Shown here: one piece after another, positions 32,433 through 35,764 of the stretch
Layout: every line of letters begins with the position of its first letter
Position numbering within the stretch: position 1 is the stretch's first letter
Source of the DNA: Leidyana gryllorum EB-2025a
Taxonomy: Eukaryota > Protista > Apicomplexa
Direction of reading: 5' to 3'
DNA: 35,764 nucleotides
Assembly (NCBI GenBank): GCA_048772705.1
Contig: JBLWGC010000015.1
Span: 1 to 35,764, forward strand
Translations under genes and position numbers: made by a program
Notes under the pieces: model-generated
Databases searched by the model: none
What the model saw: the letters and a program-made list of their open reading frames with translations, nothing else
What the model was told of the DNA's origin: nothing

Positions 32433-35119
32433 ATGCCCCGTCCGGCCGCCGCCCCGAAGGCCAAGGAAGCCTTAACCACCACCAAAGCTGATCGTCCCCA
32501 TACACCTGAGACCGCAGACACCAATGAAGAAATACGCCGTGCCGAGGCCACCGAACCCGAATCGGATCTCGACGGCGATAAGAAACAACGCCGTGTAGCT
32601 GCTGCCCCTAAGCGCAGCAAGAGTGGAGGAACAGCCGCCGCCACCAAAGACAAGACCAAATCAAAGAAGGCGTCGGCTAAAGAAAGTGCCCCCCCGGCTT
32701 CAACGGAATCTGCCGAGGAGGCTGAAGAGCCGACTACCGCAGCCTCAGTCCCGGCTCCCACCAGTGCTGCCGCACCAGCTGCAAGCGGCAAAGTCAAAGG
32801 CGCGGGAGCGAAAAAGTCTGATGGTGACGCTGGCAAGAAAGCGGAGTCGGCTGCGGCCAAGAAGAGCGGGAGTGAACCTGCTGCTGCTGCTGCTGAGGGT
32901 AAGACTCGCAAACGACAGGCCGAGCCCGATGCCGCTGGTGCCGCGGCGGTGAAGCCCACCAAGAAGCGTCGTGGCAGTGATGTCGACGATGATTCAACTA
33001 CTACTAAGATCGCGCCTTCCAAGGAAGATCCTACGAAAGCCACTGCCAAAGAGGAAGCCTCGAAGGCTACCAAGACAAAGAAGCCCAAGGCGGAGCCCTC
33101 TGCCGCTTCTGCGGAGTCATCGGAGGTCGCAGCCACTGAAACCAAGAAGGCCAAGCGGCAGAAGTCTACCGCCGAGCCGTCAAAGCCCGCCGAGGCAGAG
33201 AAGGAGGGTCCCGCTGCGGCAGCCAAACCCAAGAAAGCTGTGCAGCGCAAGGGCAGTGTTGAAAACGTCGAGCCAGTGAAACAGCCAAAGAAGATTGGGC
33301 GTAAGGGCAGCGTGGCCAGTGTGGAGAGCATGGAGGCTGCGAGCAGCACCAAAGCAGCGGCTGAAACCGAAGGCGGCAAGGCGAAGAAGGGCGGTCGAAA
33401 GGGGAGTGTGAGCAGCGTGGAGATGGAGACTGACCCGGCGACCAAAGATGAGACTACTAAGAAAGCCCCCAAGAAAGCGGCGGGTAGGAAGAACAGCGTG
33501 ACGAGCACAGAAGTTGTTGACGAAGTGCTGACCAAAGCCGCACCCGCTAAGCGGAAAGGAAGTGTCACTAGTGTGGACGACAGTGAAGCCAGCACCACCA
33601 GGAAAGTGACGAAAAAGAAGACTCCATCAGCAAAAGGCGAGGAACCAGCTTCTAAGAGACGGCAGTCTTTGGAGGCGGTGGAGGAAGAGGGAGCGGGCAC
33701 CAAGCGGAAACGCGCAGCACCCAAGCAGTCCAAAAACACGGAGGACAAGTCTGCTGAAATGGCATCGGGAGAAGAACCCGCACAGAAAAAGAAGCGGGCG
33801 GCTAAAAAGGCCGAGGAGGAGGAGCCTGCTGCTGCTGCTGCTGCGACCACCGAGAAGAAGTCCAAGAAACGTCCGAACGCAGACGCCTCCCCAGCCACCA
33901 AAAAGGCCAAGTACGATGCTCACGTCGATGGAAAAGGCCCCGCACTCGACGACAAGTGGGAGGAACAGTTGAGGGAAGTCCCTTGCGTCGAAGGGGAGTT
34001 GAAGATCGCTACCTGGAATGTGAATGGCCTCCGAAGTGTGCTCAAGAAGCCCAAAAACAACACCGAGGATTATGAGGGAGATCTTCAAGCGTATCTGGCT
34101 GTCGAAGCACCTGATGTCTTGTGTTTGAACGAGGTGAAGGCAGATGATGAAGTGTTCTCCGGTCTTCTTGACCACTTCCCCGAGTATCACGCGGAGTTGG
34201 TCCACAGCGACAAAAAAGGTACGTCAATGCTTCAAGACGACTCATTTCCTCCCAGGATATGCTGGCGTTGCAATTTTGGTCAAGAAGAAAGACGGCCTCA
34301 ACGAGAAAGTTGAGGAGAAAATCGAGGGCATCGGCGAGGAGGAACACGATAGCGAAGGGCGCACCCTCACTCTTGGTACGATCAGCTTTTCGTGTAATCC
34401 ATTCCATCCAAACAGTGTTCCCCGGCTGCTGCGTCGTCGCCAGCTACGTGGCCAACGCTGGACAAGGCCTCAAACGCTTGGACTACCGGATTGAAAAATA
34501 CGACAAGGCGCTTCAGTGAGTTCCGAATCGCCGAGCGCGCACCAATCGTCCCCTCAGCACTTTCCTGAACGGGCTGCGAGACAAGTACAAGAGGCCTGTG
34601 ATCTGGTGTGGTGACCTGAATGTGGCATACGAAGAGATTGACATCTGGGACTCCAAACACAACCAGAAGAGTGCTGGACACACACCTGAAGAGAGGTATG
34701 ACACGCAAATCAGCTGGCCCGTCGGCTTTCAAACACAATCGTAGGGCATCGTTCGGCTCATTCCTGGAGGACGGGACTTGGATCGACGTCTGGCGCAAAC
34801 GCAACCCCGACATGCGTCGTTACACCTTCTGGCCCACACGGTGAGCGGTTCTTCCGTCCTCAACCTCCTAACAAACCAATTAACCATTCCAGGTCAACCC
34901 GCAGCCGAATCGATAACTTGGGCTGGAGACTGGATTATTTCATCACAACTAAGGATCTAGAGGACAGCATTACTGGTGCGCACATCCGTGACAAATTCAA
35001 AGTGAGTTGGCTCATACGACGACTGTGCACACGACGCCCTCCTCCTCCTCCTCCAGGGATCGGATCACTGCCCCGTGTTACTCACAGTCAAGAAAGCTAC
35101 ACTTTTTGATAAGCTGTGA
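32433..35119 (+). CDS. APE1: AP endonuclease of the APE1/ExoIII family with a ~520-aa Lys/Ala-rich N-terminal extension (7 exons)
   Basis: Motifs LKIATWNVNGLRS, PDVLCLNEVK, KKGYAGVAIL, DSEGR, YVANAG, PVIWCGDLNVA, YTFW, GWRLDYF, GSDHCPV. Six GT-AG introns; stop TGA at 35117-35119. Confidence 0.93.
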
Positions 35120-35254
35120 TATATGACCGACTGATGAATCATCGCAACACAGCTTACTGTTCAGAAACTCATTTAGGCACACGTTTTGTGTTGGATGGAA
35201 GTCGTTCGTTTCGATATAGGGACTCATATTAATGCAAAGGCTATCAGTTACGAG

Positions 35255-35764
35255 CTAAGACTGCATTGACTTGCGTGTCGAAGTGGCTGCTCGTTTCACA
35301 AATTGACCCTTCTCGTTCCTCATGGGTAGAGTCGCCTTTCTCTTGGCTACTGCTGAAGTGCTCGCATTCACAACATCCGGTGTCTTCTTCGCGGAAGTAG
35401 CCACAGGTGCTGCCACTGACGCACCACCCGCAGCCTTTTGCCGTTTTGCCGCACGAGTCATCGTCCCTCCACTGCTTGCAGCTCCAGGAGTGCTAGCACG
35501 CTTCTTAGGTATCGTTGGGGCCGGTGTGAAGGACGAAGCCGCCGCTGCAGGAGTCGTCGCTGCAGTAGCGGTTGTCGCACTCGCACCTCCTCCCAACTCC
35601 TCATCGCTATCAGATTCCTCCTGGACTAATCTCCGCTTTCTTTTGCGTCTGCCCACATCGGAACCAGTTGGAGTAGCATCTCCTTTGGACATCGTTGCTG
35701 GTGACGGGGAGCTAGTTACATTGGAAGCCGTTCTCGTGATGGAAATGCTTCCGGCCGTGTAGAC
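35255..35764 (-). CDS. 3' end of a low-complexity basic Ala/Thr/Lys-rich protein (partial, runs off the window)
   Basis: Frame is open from the window edge to TAG at 35255. NLS-like RRKRKRR and an RNEKGQF motif. Confidence 0.6.
   Translation of the reverse strand, partial: VYTAGSISITRTASNVTSSPSPATMSKGDATPTGSDVGRRKRKRRLVQEESDSDEELGGGASATTATAATTPAAAASSFTPAPTIPKKRASTPGAASSGGTMTRAAKRQKAAGGASVAAPVATSAKKTPDVVNASTSAVAKRKATLPMRNEKGQFVKRAATSTRKSMQS

Noticed and set aside
32399-33910. 503-aa antisense ORF opposite the APE1 N-terminus
   Set aside because: Shadow frame of Lys/Ala/Glu-rich low-complexity codons; no motifs.
41-35119. Fragmented ORFs suggesting pseudogenes, frameshifting, an alternative genetic code or non-canonical introns
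   Set aside because: Every break I examined is resolved by a short canonical GT-AG intron under the standard code. TAA, TAG and TGA are all used as real stops.

Overview
Very compact eukaryotic nuclear DNA (about 53% GC by eye), most likely an alveolate/apicomplexan. A gregarine-like organism is inferred from the PKA C-terminus DPFxxW, the degenerate PanK and the acylated MORN proteins; the species cannot be fixed. By hand I reconstructed 18 complete genes plus one partial gene, with about 59 short GT-AG introns (36-92 nt, mostly 38-58 nt). In order: a putative nuclear regulator with a duplicated unnamed helical domain; a secreted Cu-only SOD-like protein; a degenerate pantothenate kinase; NOT4; two orphan secreted paralogues; VMA12/TMEM199; a RAD21/REC8 kleisin; a secreted fasciclin; PKA catalytic subunit; three tandem MORN-repeat paralogues; VPS26; EMC3; two tandem PGAP1-like ER hydrolases (one lacking the catalytic Ser); APE1 with a long basic N-terminus; and a partial low-complexity gene. 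The most striking feature is operon-like packing. Same-strand genes are separated by 12-68 nt, divergent ATGs lie only 33 nt apart, and the EMC3 stop overlaps the next start codon (ATGA), which suggests polycistronic or translationally coupled expression. No rRNA, tRNA, CRISPR or mobile element was recognised.
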